From Squalus acanthias (lineage: Eukaryota): a stretch of 64,000 nt of DNA. Positions 22,964 through 36,793 of the stretch are shown one piece after another. Below the pieces are notes generated by a model. It was not told the DNA's origin. It ran no database searches and saw only the letters and a program-made list of their open reading frames with translations. Made by a program: the position numbers and the translations under genes. The stretch is taken from the NCBI GenBank assembly GCA_030390025.1, contig CM059432.1, forward strand, positions 113,090,001 through 113,154,000, in the 5' to 3' direction. Position 1 is the stretch's first letter. Each line of letters begins with the position of its first letter.

Positions 22964-24814
22964 ACGTGTCAACACAATGACATCCACCAACTTAGTAACT
23001 TCCTCAAAAAATTCCACCAAGTTGATGAGACAGAACTTTCTTTTTCAGAAGCCAAGCTGTGATCTCTTAAGATCTCCTTCCCTGTCAAAGTGATCATACA
23101 ATGATCCCTTCTGGCAACTTGCTATAACTGAAGTCAAACTAATGAACTTGGAATTTACCAGTTATTGTTGGCAACTCTTCAGTTCATGCGAACAATTCCA
23201 GATCCCAGTGAACTATTAAATCTCTCAGCAAGTGACGCGCGGAGCTGACGCCCCATTTCTTTGAGCAGCTTCAGGTGAATGCCTACAGGGCCAGCATCCT
23301 GATCATCCACTTTGACATTTAAATTGTAGCATCAACCTTGGTAATCCAGCATCATCTTTGGTAGCCATTTAAAACCTCTTCCATATCCTAGGAATCTACC
23401 TAAATCTGCCCTGCAAAAACAAGGTAAGTTACTTACCTGTAAAGCACCATCCTGATTGGGTTTTATAAGCCTGTAGATCTTAGGAGGAACGGAAGAGTGC
23501 GGGAACTCAGACTTTGAGATCCTAGGAAAGAATGAAATAGAGTAGGAGACAGTGTGGTAAGTTTTGATACAAATGAGGATGCAAGGAAAAGGAAGAGCAG
23601 GTAGGATGAATTTCAAATGCATTCAGCATTAGTAGGTTAGGGATTCTTCCTCACAAAAGGCATTAGTTAAGAACTAGGAGTGGAAACCCTGGTTCATTTT
23701 GCCTTCCTTAGTCCAAGACACTGAGTGCGGCACAGACTGGGACCTTCAAGTCTGCATGGCTTGATGTCACACTGGACTGTGCTTCCATTGACTGAGTGCA
23801 ATGATAGCATTTTTAACAGGAATGTAGGATCTGAGCAGCTGCCTGCCTAAGTCATCTAGAATAAGGCAACATTACTGGGGCCTTACATACACATCAGTAC
23901 CAAACAAATACTCGGAGCTTACAGTGCAATTCCTGTAGACACTTACCAATTCTTGGTACCGTGCATCTGTAAAAGGGCATTGCTGGAAGTTTTGTTTTAT
24001 TGTTGTGATGTGGGTGACACTGGCAAGGCGCAGTTATTGCCTAGTCGCCCTGGGAAGGTGGTGGTGGGATCTGTCACTAATCTGCTACAGTCCTTGTGCT
24101 GATAGTGCTCCCACAATGGTGGGAATTCCAGGATATTGGCCTTGTGATGACAAAGGCAGAGTATCCAAGTCAGGATAGTGTGTGACTTGGAGGTGACGAT
24201 GACCCCACAACATTGTTGCTTCTTGTCCTTCATAGAATCATAGACCTATAGAGCTGAATTTTAATCTTCAGGAGTGCGTGGGTTTGGGTGCGGGTGGGGG
24301 GGTTAAAACTGGTGAAATTGACAGCGTGTCGGGAAGCCGGCTCCAACCCGGCAACTTCCGCATTTCACTCGAGCGAGTTAGCCTGCGTGCGTGCAACCCC
24401 CTCGGGAGAGGCGTGTTTTCAATTACCATATGTTAATCACTCAATTAGAGCAATATTTCAACACACTTTTCAGTTTAACGTTGGGACCACGGGTTTCCCA
24501 GGCTTCCTGAAACTCGACAGTGAAAGGAAGGCGAGTACACAGCGGCAATTGAGGGGGTTGAATCAATCTCAGGCACATATGCCAATAAATACTCAGTACC
24601 CACAGCTGCTTTCTTACCTGCTAGTGGGAAAGGGTTTGTTCACAGTACTTGTGCTGAGAGGTTAATTTACACACTTTGGAGGCTTGCTCTATCACATCAG
24701 AATGTGTGCTGCTTAGGCTGCCTTGGATCAGACCTCAGATGAGGACCAAGATGACCAGCAACAGCAACAGCACCCACAGCAGCTGCATCCTTCTGGTCAC
24801 AGACCAGTAGCTGC

Positions 24815-25197
24815 ACACCAGAGAGGTGACCAGCAGAGAGAGGACCAGCAGAGAGGGGACCAGCAGAGAGGGGACCAGCAGAGAGGGGACCAGCAGAGAG
24901 AGGACCAGCAGAGAGAGGTCCAGCAGAGAGAGAGAGGACCAGCAGAGAGAGAGGACCAGCAGAGAGAGGACCAGCAGAGAGGGGACCAGCAGAGAGAGAG
25001 GACCAGCAGAGAGAGGACCAGCAGAGAGAGAGGACCAGCAGAGAGAGGACCAGCAGAGAGAGAGGACCAGCAGAGAGAGAGGTCCAGCAGAGAGAGAGGT
25101 CCAGCAGAGAGAGAGGACCAGCAGAGAGAGAGGACCAGCAGAGAGAGAGGACCAGCAGAGAGAGAGGACCAGCAGAGAGGTGACCAGCAGAGAGGTG
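24815..25197 (+). repeat. GA-rich minisatellite (GAGAGGACCAGCA(GA)n, 15-19 bp) inside Harbinger nuclease 5' region
   Basis: Roughly two dozen tandem units between the Q-rich N-terminus and RRHYPRNRVYRQR. Confidence 0.9.
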
Positions 25198-25329
25198 AAG
25201 CTCACAGGAGACACTACCCACGAAACAGGGTCTACAGGCAGAGGCTCAGTTTCCTTGACAAGTCTGAACACCAGTGTGTCAGGAGGCTCACATTATCAGT
25301 GGCTGTCAAAGTCACCACCGCCCTCAACA

Positions 25330-25927
25330 CAAGAGCAGGGGGGTTATGCTTCAACTGTATTAAACACTAGTTAGGCCTCAGCTAGAGTACTGCGTGCAGT
25401 TCTGGTCATCACATTACAGGAAAGTTGTGATTGCACTAGAGAGGGTACAGAGGAGATTTACAAGGATGTTGCCAGGAGTAGAGAATCTTAGCTATGAGGA
25501 AAGACTGGATAATCTGGGTCTGTTTTCCTTGGAACAGAGGAGGCTGAGGGGAGACCTAATTGAGGTGTATAAAATTATGAGGGGCATAGATAAAGTGGAT
25601 AGAAAGGACCTATTTCCCTTAGCAGAGGGGTCAAAATGAAGGGGCACAGATTTAAAGTAATTGGTGGAAGGTTTATAGGGGATTTGAGGGGAAATGTCTT
25701 CACCCAGAGGGTTGTGGGGGTCTGGAACTCACTGCCTGAAAGGGTGGTAGAGGCAGGAACCCTAACCACATTTAAAAAGTACTTGGGATGCTCTAAACTG
25801 CAGGGCCACGGACCAAGAGCTGGGAAGTGGGATTAGGCTGGATAGCTCTTTGTTGGCCGGCGCGGACACGATGGGCCGAAATGGCTTCCTTCCGTGCTGT
25901 AACTTTCTATGATTTAATGATTCTATG
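25330..25927 (+). mobile_element. CR1 3' fragment inserted in Harbinger nuclease
   Basis: LEYCVQFWS...LERVQRRFTRM, CR1 tail, TSD AACA (25326-29, 25928-31) splitting ALN|xFASG. Confidence 0.85.
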
Positions 25928-26193
25928 AACATTTTTGCCTCCGGATCCTTCCAGGGCTCTGCCGCAGACATAACCAGGATCTCCCAGTCGGCAGCCACAA
26001 ATGCAAAAGACAGGTAACTGATGCGTTGTTTTCCAACGATGATGCCAGTCAGAATGAGCAGGGGCTCAACTTTACAGCTCTGGCCTGTTTTCCACAGGTG
26101 CAGAGCGTCATCGACTGCACACATGGCAATCCAGGCACCCCCAGAGCAACCAGGAGTATTCGTCAACCACAAGGGCTTCCACTCCATCAATGT

Positions 26194-26357
26194 CCAAAGA
26201 TGTGCGGATTAGGTTGATTTGGCTATGATAAATTGACCCTTAGTGTTAGGGGGATTAAATATGTGGGGATAGGGTGGGATATGTGTCGGTGCAGGCTCGA
26301 TGGGCCGAAATGGCCTCTATCTGCACTGTGGGGATACTGTGATTCTGTGATTCTGTG
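26194..26357 (+). mobile_element. 5'-truncated HE1-like SINE tail
   Basis: TSD AATGT (26189-93, 26358-62) splitting HSINVQLVC; (GATTCTGT)n tail. Confidence 0.75.
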
Positions 26358-27893
26358 AATGTGCAGCTGGTGTGTAACCACAAAAAGATGTTTATGCAGG
26401 AGTTCGCAAGATTCCCAGGTAGGAGCCATGATGCTTTCATCCAGCAGCAGTCCAATCTCCCTGATCTCTTTGGACCTGGAAGCAGACTTAGGGTGGCTGC
26501 TAGGCAACAAAGGATACCCACTGCAAACTTGGTTCATGTCACCCTTCAGAAACCCAAAAACTGAAGCCCAACAATGCTACAATGAATGCCATATCACCAC
26601 CAGATTATGATTAAACAGGCCATCGGCATTCTGAAGATGCGCTTCAGGTGCCTCAACAGATCTGGAGGTGCGCTTCAGTACGCACCAGCCAGGGTCTCCA
26701 GAATGGTCGTGGTTTGCTGTACTCTGCACAACATTGCACAACAGTGAGGCTTGGATCTGCAGGAGGAAGAATGCAAAGAGCTCAGATCCTCTTCGGACAA
26801 TTAGGAGGGAGAGGAGGAAGAAGAGGAGGAGGAGGGTGATGAGAGGAGGGTGATGAGAGGAGGGTGATGAGGACGATGCACCCCCAGCTGCTCACATTGC
26901 TGCCCGGGATGCCAGGGATGGCCGTATTAATGCACAGTTTACTTAGGTTGCAGCAGTGGATCCGTGCCAGAAAATGCAATGGTCACTCTTCAGCCTCCCC
27001 CCCCCCAACAATTCCACTGACACAAAGCAGTCCTACAACCAATCAACCACTCCTTGAACATTTCCTGATTGGTCCCCATCAATTCATGTCTTCACATTCA
27101 TCATCAGACAAGTTAGACAGCCACTTACCACCCAACACCCAAAAATGGACAAGACAGGAAAGTGGTGAAAAAGAATAACATTATGTGAGCTAAATAATGA
27201 ACAAAAACTCATCAAATTAACATTTTCTCAGACACCCATGTGCGTACCCTTGTGCAACTACAAAGCCTTACTCTTCCTTTTCCTGCTACTCTTATGTAGT
27301 GCAACCTGTGTGGCTTTAGCAGAGGTAGAGGCAGGCTGCTCACACCCCTGCTCTGACGGCTGAGATGCTCGTGGCCGACGTCCTCTGGGTTTTTGGAGCC
27401 GGTGAGAGCTCCACCAAAAACTGCTCCACAAGCACCTGTGCAGGGGAGACTAGGCCATCGAGAGATGATGCAGTTCGTGAGCTACTGACTGAGAGATGGG
27501 CTGTGGGTGAGAAGTGAAAGTGCTTTAGTGGAGTCCCCACTTCCATGACCCCTTTTGCCATCATCCCTCTCATGGGCCAGCTGTAAATCACTGTTACCAC
27601 TGTGCTGGAGAACAGTTTGGTGCAGATGAGTGCGGCCCTGTAAGGCCAAGGCTAAGGTATCTGTCAACCTATTTAAGGTGGCAGACATGTTGGCATCCAG
27701 AGTCTGCACGGTGATGTCGAAGGCGGCATGGACTCATTTGATTGGAGCATTTGATGGTCCATGGCGCTGGCCACTCTATCCATGGAAGAAGACATCACCT
27801 CAGCGGCCTGCGGCACCACCACACTCATGGTTGAGGTGAACTCCTCCAATGTCTCTGCAATCATGGTGAGTCTACTTTGAAGGCATTGCACAT

Positions 27894-28330
27894 TGTCAGC
27901 TGTGGCTCAGTGGGTAGCACCCTCGCCTCTGAGTCAGAAGGCTGTGGGTTCTTGAGCACAAAAATCTAGGCTCCAGTGCAGTGCTGAGACAGTGCTGCAC
28001 TGTCGGAGGTGCCGTCTTTTGGATGAGACGTAAAACTGAGGCCCCGTCAGCTCCCTCAGGTGGACACAAAAGATCCCATGGCACTATTTCGAAGAAGAGC
28101 AGGGGCGTTATCCCCGGTGTCCTGGCCAATATTTATCCCTCAATCAACATCACAAACAGATTATCTGGTCATTATCTCATTGCTGTTTGTGGGAGCTTGC
28201 TGTGTGCAACTTGGCTGCCGTGTTTCCTACATTACAACAGTGACTACACTTCAAAAAGTACTTCAATGGCTGTCAAGCACTTTGGGACCTCTGGTGGTCG
28301 TGAAAGGCGCTATAGAAATGCAAGTCTTTG
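27894..28330 (+). mobile_element. DeuSINE (SacSINE1-like) inside Harbinger Myb remnant
   Basis: Full head, Deu domain and tail matching the other copies. Confidence 0.8.
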
Positions 28331-29706
28331 TTTTTGTCTGCTGCTGCTCAATGATTCTCCTCTTCATCGATGGTCCCCATGGTACAGCATCTGTGTTCAG
28401 CTCAGCAGAGCTTGGAGCATCCTGCGCTCTCCAACACGGACTCTCCACTGCTGTCCCTGTCTCCACCATCTGTTCTTGCTCAATTGTGAAGTGTGAGTTA
28501 CCCAACTATCTGTTTTTACTAGTCCCACTAAAGTGTGAGTATCTGAGCATGGTCTGAAGGAGTCCTGTGATGGTGCACCCTCAGAAGGACTCATCTGAGG
28601 TCTCGTTGCCCACCACGTCCACCGACTCCAGCTGCATGTGTGAAGGCCCCATGGGAGATAAAAGGCATAAATTAGTTGTGGCAAGGTAATAATGTTGCAA
28701 GTTATCATTATGAAGATAAACAAAGTCAACATGACTGAGTGCCGTATGACATGTGGGTGGCCTTTATTTAATTGTGTCACCAGATAGCTGGGAGCTCCCT
28801 GTCTCCACTTATTTCCAGCGTCTCCTCCTCTGCAGTTGTGAGCTGCGTGATCTGCGGAGGGGCCGCTCTGGTTCTCTCCCTCTCTCTGGTGTTCTCTTCT
28901 CCTGCAAGGAGGGAAAGAACAGACCTATGAGTGAGTGTAATGGCATGTTCTCATCTGATGGATAGAGAGCATTTGGTGAGAGTGACTGAGGGAGAGGCAT
29001 GACATTGCATCAGGGTGAGGGTGAGTGGGAGTGGTGGAAGGACAGATGGGGAGGTGAGGAAGTGCATAGAAAGAGAAGGATGGTTGCACCTGCAAGGTAA
29101 GCGGGTGTGAGGAGTGATGTACTGGAGTAGGCTTGAGAAGGCAGAGTGAGGGGGTAGGGTGATGCGCATAGCAGGATGTAGGTGAATGTGCCACTGTACT
29201 CACCTTTCCTGATCTGCTTATATCATTAAAGTGCTTTCTGCACTGAATCCAGAAGCTTGGCACCACGCTCCTGCTGCTGACCCCTTCTGCTACCTCCAAC
29301 CACGCCTTCTTGGTCTCAGCTGCAGGCTTCTTCCTCCCATTGCTAAGGAACAGTATCTCTCTCCTACTCCTCACAGTCCCCGGCAGAACATCCAGGGAGG
29401 CGTAAGTGAAACGGGGCGCAGCCTTTGCCCGGCTGGACTCTATTCTGACACTTCCAGTTCTTTGACAGCCAACTCCATCTCTTTCAACTTGCTTGTTTGG
29501 ATTGTCCCTTTAAATACTGGAATTGAGATCGCATCATGCGGGTCCTCATCACGCCCGCTGCTGCTGATTGAACGGGAAACCTGGAAGTAAAAAATAAGAG
29601 GTGGCTGGGTTAAAAAGCCACTGACAGACGTGCTGGGTTTCCCGCGCAGAATTGGACCCCCCCCTCCCCTCCCCTCCCAGAGCATCGCAATCTTAAAATC
29701 GGGGCC

Positions 29707-30095
29707 ATAGAATCTTACAGTGCAGAAGGGGGCGCTTTGGCCCATCGTGCCTGTGCCAGCTCTTTGAAAGAGCTATCCAATTAGTCCCACTCCCATGCTC
29801 TTTCCCCATAGCCCTGCAAATTATTTATTTTCAAGTATTTTTCCAATTTCTTTATGAAAGTTATGATTGAATCTGCTTCCACCACCCTTTCAGCCAGTGT
29901 AGTCCAGATCACAACAACTCGTTGCGTAAAAAAAATCTTCTCATCTCCCCCGTGGTTCTTTTGCCAATTACCTTAAATCTGTGTCCTCTGGTTATCGACC
30001 GTCCTACCAACGGAAACAGTTTCTCCCTATCTATTCTATCAAAACCTTTCATAATTTTGAACACCTCTATTAAATCTCCCCTTAACCTTCTCTAA
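29707..30095 (-). mobile_element. CR1 3' fragment (tail continues at 24231-24250)
   Basis: Reverse complement of a CR1 3' end; the CATAGAAT tail is split by the Harbinger element. Confidence 0.75.
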
Positions 30096-32775
30096 GTGAC
30101 AGGGGTCACAGGGGAGAAAGCTGCTATTGAAGTAATCTTGGCGAGTTGCCGAGAGAATTTTTGGTGGTGTCAAACAAAAGGAATCCTATTAAATGCAAAG
30201 TAAATATATTAGTGTTCTGCCAAGTTATGTTCTATATTCTTAAACACTCAAAAATTAATATTAAACGGTGATACACAAAACTGGCAGGGAATCCAGAATG
30301 AACAAAACTGGGGGACTGGGCTGGCAGTGCTTGAGGGGAAACCCTGGAGATAGTGTTGGAACTGAGTGTGGAAGGGACACTGCTTCAGACTGACGGATGC
30401 TGAGAGAAGTTAATCTGCACTACAATTACTGAAACCTTTGATGCCAAGGAAGGAAACATACTGGTTAGTAGCAATTCAAATAACCTTTAGTGCGTGCTCT
30501 TTTTAAAGAGGTTTATTAAAGGTTTGCTGTTTATTGTGGAATTTGCATGCATGAACACACATTATTGTAGTATTGTAGTATGTGCCAGGATGCAGAAACA
30601 TAGGCTGAATGAGAGGGGCTGATCCTCCAACACCTCCCATACCTTCAAAAACATATCTAATGGATGCAATTACCTGCTGCTCATGTTCCAGAAGCATTAA
30701 GTATATTCACCAGCGCAACATTAGCAGGATCACTCAGCTGGGCAAGTCTAAGAGCAATTACCCCTAATTCCTCCCCCAACATTTACTCTGCGGCTGTGCA
30801 GGACAAGATTCTGCCAAGCTCGGGCAGATACCGCAATTAGATGACATACAAAGAGGTATTCTGCACTCCACCTTCTGCGGCAGTCCAAACCCTTCCAGGC
30901 TACTCTCAAAATAATCCCAAAGTTGAGCAGGATCACTTTAAGAAGGCCGACTGCGCTGGAGAAGGAAACTTGTCCCATGTGTGGCATTATCTGAGAGTGG
31001 GGGGCGGCACAGGGGGGTGGGGGGGAGAATTAATAATCGTGTTGAGTGCACACCATAAGCCTTTTATCTTGGTTATAGGTACGGAAGTAATTATGCTTGC
31101 CTGATTAAAAGAAAAAGGAAAACGGCAAGCACTGAAAGGGTTAATGAAGTTATCTTAAATGACAAGCAAGCAGCAAACAATAGGATTCACAGAATCGGCA
31201 TTTTACAAAATTTCTGCTATTAAGAGATATCCCCAATATCTGCAGCAAATAGAACTTTGAGTTAAAGAATATCTTGAAACAAAACTGAACTTTACATTAT
31301 AATGGAATCACTGCTGCTAAATGTACGCAGTCATTATAAATCACCAGGAATCAGTAAAAATAAGTGCTTTCGGTTTTGCACATATTACAAATGCTGAGGT
31401 AACGCTTTTACAGCTCCTGATAAGTGTTAATAAATTACCTGAATTTCAAAATTAATGGGTGCTGGGCTGTTCTGGGGAGATATCATTGTGTTTCATGAAT
31501 ATTTTGATATCAAGATTAGATCAAATGCACCGAATTTCTAAACAAGCATATCCAAGGTCTAGTGATCATATAATGTGCTTTAAAAATTATTTCCAGGAAC
31601 AAAATGTGCAGATATGAAATAATTAAAATTATTTTGCCTGCATTTCACTCTTATCATATTTGCATGACTTTGTATCTTCTCTATTGATCTTTCTGGGGCT
31701 GAGAAATATACATTTTTGTGCCTTTTTAAATATACCTTGCTGGCAGAGATAATGGTTTATATTGTGATGTTAAAAAGGCTTGTATTTGCAAAAAAGACAA
31801 TGAGGTGTCACTGCATGGCTCTGGGAACCAATGATTACACCAACTGTATCGCTTCTATTCAGCGCTATATCTATTTAAACAGCTTTCCTGTGTTCCCTTT
31901 TGTGCTAGTCAAAGATCAATATTCAGCAAACTGTTCATAATTTATTCTGTTATTAAGCTTTATTGGCTGTAGAAAACCCAGCTGCAGGTGGAAGGCTAGC
32001 TTTTTCTAAATACAGTACAACGTTATTGAGTCATAAATTATTGAGTTTTGCATGAGCTCGGTTTATAGCTCGCAAAAAAAAACGCATCTATTTAAACCAC
32101 CTCACAAACTTGTCAGATTTGTTCATCAAAGGTATTCAAAAAGCTTATAATATTAGAAATGTTGGATTTGTTTGTTTTAGAATTTGTGCCTTTCTTTCTG
32201 AAGAATCTTTAATAGACTGTGTGGGGTGGGGGGGGGGGGGGTGGTTAAGCACTAGGCGACTCTTGTTTCTTAATGAACTTCTTTCCAGTGTCTGTGCCAC
32301 AGATTGCCCACCACAATTGTCTTGTCTCATAAGTTTATCACACTAGCTAGATGTGTTTGCTTTCCTTCTGAGCACTTTTTCTTGTGGTTCTCCCTCATAT
32401 ACTAGAACTATAAGATATAGATACATTTTCTGTACACTGATGAAGTATGGTCTGGGCACATCCTTCAGAATATGAATCTCCATTTTTTCCAGCCTGCCTT
32501 CAGCAGTAACACTTTGAACCCTTCTCGAGAATAAATTGACTGCAGTGACGAACAGATATGCACAACTTAACTTCTGTTCACACACAGCAGAATGCAGCTC
32601 TGCATTGGCCTAATGTCTGCTCCAAATTGAGTTACTAGCTTCCCCTACTTGATATAAACTAAACAGTTCAACCGCAGCACTCCCAGTGGGACAGGAACCA
32701 ATAATGAGAAACTCATCATAATAATTATGCTGCTTATGGGATAAGTGAAACTTTGCACTTGCAATTTGCCATTGT

Positions 32776-32963
32776 GTCCTTGAAATCCCGCAGTATTCTC
32801 CCAATCTCCCATCATAATTTTGGCAGAAGATCGGTGGAACCCCTGGAGAAATGGCGTAAATGGCTGTTTTCAGCTTTTTACACCGTTCCTCTGGGGGTTT
32901 CTGCTGATCTCCTGCCGAAGGTATGACAGGAGATCGGAAGAACCTCGGCAGGATTTTAGGGCC
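32776..32963. mobile_element. Palindromic MITE
   Basis: Long imperfect hairpin with ends GTCCTTGAAATCC / GGATTTTAGGGCC and 3-bp TSD TGT. Confidence 0.6.
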
Positions 32964-33159
32964 TGTTTGTTTATTTGGTAATGTGTTGGGGCAGCTATAT
33001 CTCTGTTATTTACATGTATCTGTGAGAGAATAAAAAAATTAAGAACAGCAGAAAAAGGTTACCTTAAAGGAGGGTAATCCTGGAAAAACTGCACCGTTAA
33101 TCAAGTTTGGAAGGGGAGTTCTAAATAATAGTCCCGAATTGAAACACTAGTAGCAATGC

Positions 33160-33420
33160 CATAGAAGTGAAATTAGGAAACACTTCTATAAACAAAGGGT
33201 GGTAGAAGTTTGGAACTCTCTTCTGCAAGCGGCAATTGATGCTAGCTCAATTGCTAATTTTAAACTGAGATTGATAGATTCTTACTAACCAAAGATATTA
33301 AGGGATATGGGCCAAAGGCGGGTACATGGAGTTAGGTCGCAGGTCAGCCATGATCTCATTGAACGGCGGAACAGGCTCGAGGGGCTGAATGGCCTACTCC
33401 TGTTCCTATGTTCCTATATT
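33160..33420 (+). mobile_element. CR1 3' end
   Basis: QRVVEVWNSL motif and tail GAATGGCCTACTCCTGTTCCTATGTTCCTAT. Confidence 0.7.
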
Positions 33421-33815
33421 CCTATAATACAAAAAACTGTTGCAGGGGTATTTGGTAAAGAAGGGAAGATGCAGATTAGCTATATCTTTTCTTAAGTTTT
33501 ATAATTTTTGGTCCAGACTATAAAACCCATCATTAATCCAAAGGGACTGTCCACATATTCAATATTTGTGGTAAGGCTTGCTGAATTAAAAATCTTCTTT
33601 ATTAATCTTTGAAATGAATTATTATATAAATATACTGTACTACCATATAAACATTGTATTTGATATCTCTCACCATGAAGGAAACCTAGAAGGAAGTGTA
33701 AGGATATTTCAAAGCTACATCTAGAATTGAAAGCAAAACTTGGTCAAAATAGGAAAAGTAGGTTTGTTCATGTGCTTTAGTTTGTGTAATATAGGTCAGT
33801 TGGTTTTGATATTAT

Positions 33816-34470
33816 GGCCTAGAAATTTGCGTGGCCGGCTCTTACCCATCGCGCCTGCCGTTGTGTTTTGGGCCCACAGGAACTTCGGGTCCTGGGCCTC
33901 TCCCAAGAGCTGGCAGCAGACCATCTTTCATTCATAGATTTGACAGGAGACCTGTCAAATCTGTGAATTGAAATCGGCCCCAAAAGAACAGCTAAACTTC
34001 AAATAATTTTTTTAAAAACCATCACATTTATAAAATAACTATAGTTAAATAAATTAACCACTTTAAACAAAAATTTAAATTTTTGAAAAAATTAAAATAC
34101 TTTTTAAAAGTTATAAAAATAAACTTACCTTTCTTTAAAGTATCTAAAAAAGATAAACCTGTTGAAAAAAATTTAAAATTATACTTAATTAACTACTTAC
34201 CTTGTTCAAAAGGGGTCTTACGCCTCCTTTTTATTAGCGTAGAATCTTCAATACTTACCCTCGCGTTGAAACCTGAAAAAAAATCTAAGTTTGCTGCGTG
34301 CGCACAGCCTCTACCGCGCACGCGGTTCACCTAGGAACCACCCCCTTCACCATACCGGAAGTTCCGGTTTCCCGTGCATGCGCAGTGCATGCAGGAAACC
34401 GGCACTTCGGGAATGAATACGGGTGGGTACGCACTGAGTACTCACCCGGGAACGGCCGAATTTTTGGGCC
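33816..34470. mobile_element. Harbinger-like MITE
   Basis: TIR GGCCTAGAAATT / AATTTTTGGGCC, TSD TAT (33813-15, 34471-73), GC-rich ends around an AT-rich core. Confidence 0.65.
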
Positions 34471-35314
34471 TATATATTTTTATATATGTGACTTTTGGTT
34501 TGCCTATTTTCTGAACAGTTTGCCTATTCTGATATTTACAGCTGTCTCTATTGGCCAGGCCTCGATGAAATCTGAAGAAAAGCTGTTAGCGTAGGTTTTC
34601 CAACTGGGTTCACCCAATTTATGCACACAAATTAGACGAATCTGATCGGAAAAGTAGGTGGAGATCCATTACATACATTTCTAGGGGTGGACAAATGTTC
34701 AAGGGATGGACAAATATGCGAAGGGTGCGCCCACCTAAAGCACCAGGAGCTTCATTTAAAAACTGGTTTGGGGGCAGAGACATTGGGCTGGATTTTCATA
34801 GGGCCGTTGAGGCGGGATTGGAGGCGTGTGGGGGGTTAAAATTGCAGAAACTGGCGGGCGGGCCCAATCCCGCCTCCATCCTGCCTCCACGCAATTTTAA
34901 TGATATCGTGTCTACTGGTCCCGTCTCCGTCCCGCCTCCAAGAGGCGGGAGAGGCCATTAATGCCCTTAACAAGCCCTAAATTAGCACTGTAATGCCATT
35001 TTGATAGTTTTTTGCTAGTTTAACCCTTTTCCCACGTGAAGCACGCCTGATCTGAAACACGCCGGTGAAACCTGGCGGGAGCACAAGTGGATTGCTGACT
35101 CTCAGCTGCAGCTCAACCATTAAATAGGAGATTTGATCAGCCATCATTTGCAGGTGGCAGGACTTTGTTGTCACAGGTCTGGGGGAACTTTTAGAAGGCA
35201 TAACCACAGCTCTGGAAGTTTGAAGCCTGACACCCATCTCCAGTGTGACCTCCTGGGAAACTCCTCTCGCCACCCTCATTGAGCGCTTCCTCAACTGAGG
35301 CATATACCAGAAGC

Positions 35315-36552
35315 ATGGGAGCCATTTATTTCCTTCCCTCCTGGGCATCAGATGAGGATGAACACCAGCCGCGGCACCAGCAGAACCATGAACAACAGCA
35401 GCACCAACAGCAGCAGCAACAGCAGGAGCGCCAAGCTGCTGCTCACCCGCCTGAAGCTACACAGGCCAGAAGGGGCCAGCGCATGGAAGGCCGTCGGCGC
35501 AGGGTCTACAGACACTGGGTCAGCTACCTCAACATGTCTGAGCAGCAGTGCCAAAGGCGGCTCCGACTTTCGCGAGAGGTAGTGGGTGACATCTGCGCAA
35601 TGCTGCAACAAGAGCTGGAGCCCAGAGGACCAGGTGGACACCCTTTACCAGTGGCTGTCAAAGTCACCACTGCACTCAACTTTTTTGCCTCAGGCTCATT
35701 CCAGGGATCAGCAGCAGACATCAGCGGCATCTCCCAGGCGGCCGCACACACCTGCAGGTAACCGATGCCCTCTTTGCCATCGCGCACGATCACATCTATT
35801 TCACCAAGGATCGAGCAAGTGTCACGGCGCGTGCGGTTGGATTAGCTAATCTGGCAGGCTTTCCAAGGGTGCAGGGCGTCGTTGACTGCACACATGTGGC
35901 CCTTAAGGCACCCCATCGCAATCCAGGTATTTTTGTCAACCGCAAGGGCTTCCACTCCCTCAACGTTCAGCTGGTATGTGACCGCAAGAAGGAAGTTTTG
36001 CATGTTTGTGCCAAGTACCCTGGCAGTTGCCATGACTCCTTCATACTGCGCCAGTCTAGTGTGCCTCCGCTATTCAGTCCGCCAGACCAACTTAATGGGT
36101 GGCTACTTGGAGACAAGGGCTATCCCCTGAAGACGTGGCTAATGATACCGTTGAGGAGCCCATCCAATGCAGCTGAGGAGAGCTACAACTCCAGCCACAT
36201 TTCCACCAGAGCCATAATCGAGCAAACCATCGGTATGCTGAAGATACGCTTCAGATGCCTGGATAGATCAGGTGGAGCCCTGCAATACTCAGCAGCCAGG
36301 GTCTCCAGAATCATCGTGGTTTGCTGTGCACTTCACAACATGGCACAGCGTCGTGGCTTGCAGATGCCGGAGGACCAAGTGGCCCCTCACATAGCCTCCT
36401 CAGATGAGGAGGAGGAGGAGGAGGAGGAGGTGGAGGAGGAGGAGAGAGAGAACGAATATCTTGCAGAGGCCCATCAACCAGCGGCAGCATTACACAAGAC
36501 CATAGCTGCCCGGAATGCAAGGGACGCACTCACCTTGGCCAGATTTGCTTAG
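35315..36552 (+). pseudogene. Harbinger DDE transposase (HARBI1-like), 7-bp deletion frameshift near 35755
   Basis: GVVDCTH, LLGDKGY and IIEQTIG (DDE intact). Alignment to copy B shows loss of TCACACA. Confidence 0.9.
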
Positions 36553-36793
36553 CCGAGACAATCAAGCACTTTTGCCTCGCAGCTTCTTACCAGAGCTACG
36601 ACAATGGCCCAGACCCAGCGGATCCCTAACCACCATACAGACAATTGCAAGTTATCCTAAGGCCTCATTGTCATTAACGAAATGACAGATGCTACAACTG
36701 CAGTTGTAGCCATCAGAGTTTTTATTTACACTTAACACCTGATGGCTTTTTTACATTAAACATCAAAATTCACCCAAGTGACTACCCTTGTGA

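Larger units (their letters stand above)
24251..29706 (+). mobile_element. Degenerate PIF/Harbinger transposon with nested CR1, SINE tail and DeuSINE
   Basis: Degenerate TIRs and TSD ATA (24248-50, 29707-09) within a CR1 tail. Nuclease remnants 24700-26945 (+) include [23 protein letters not shown] and LLGNKGYPL. Myb gene remnants ~27270-29430 (-) include WLEVAEGV...QCRKHFND. Confidence 0.8.

Noticed and set aside
24697..25374. Overlapping repetitive ORFs
   Set aside because: Produced by the GA-rich minisatellite; only the flanks are Harbinger nuclease remnants.
14655..28330. tRNA genes at A/B-box motifs
   Set aside because: They are SINE heads continuing into Deu-domain bodies; no full cloverleaf or terminator.
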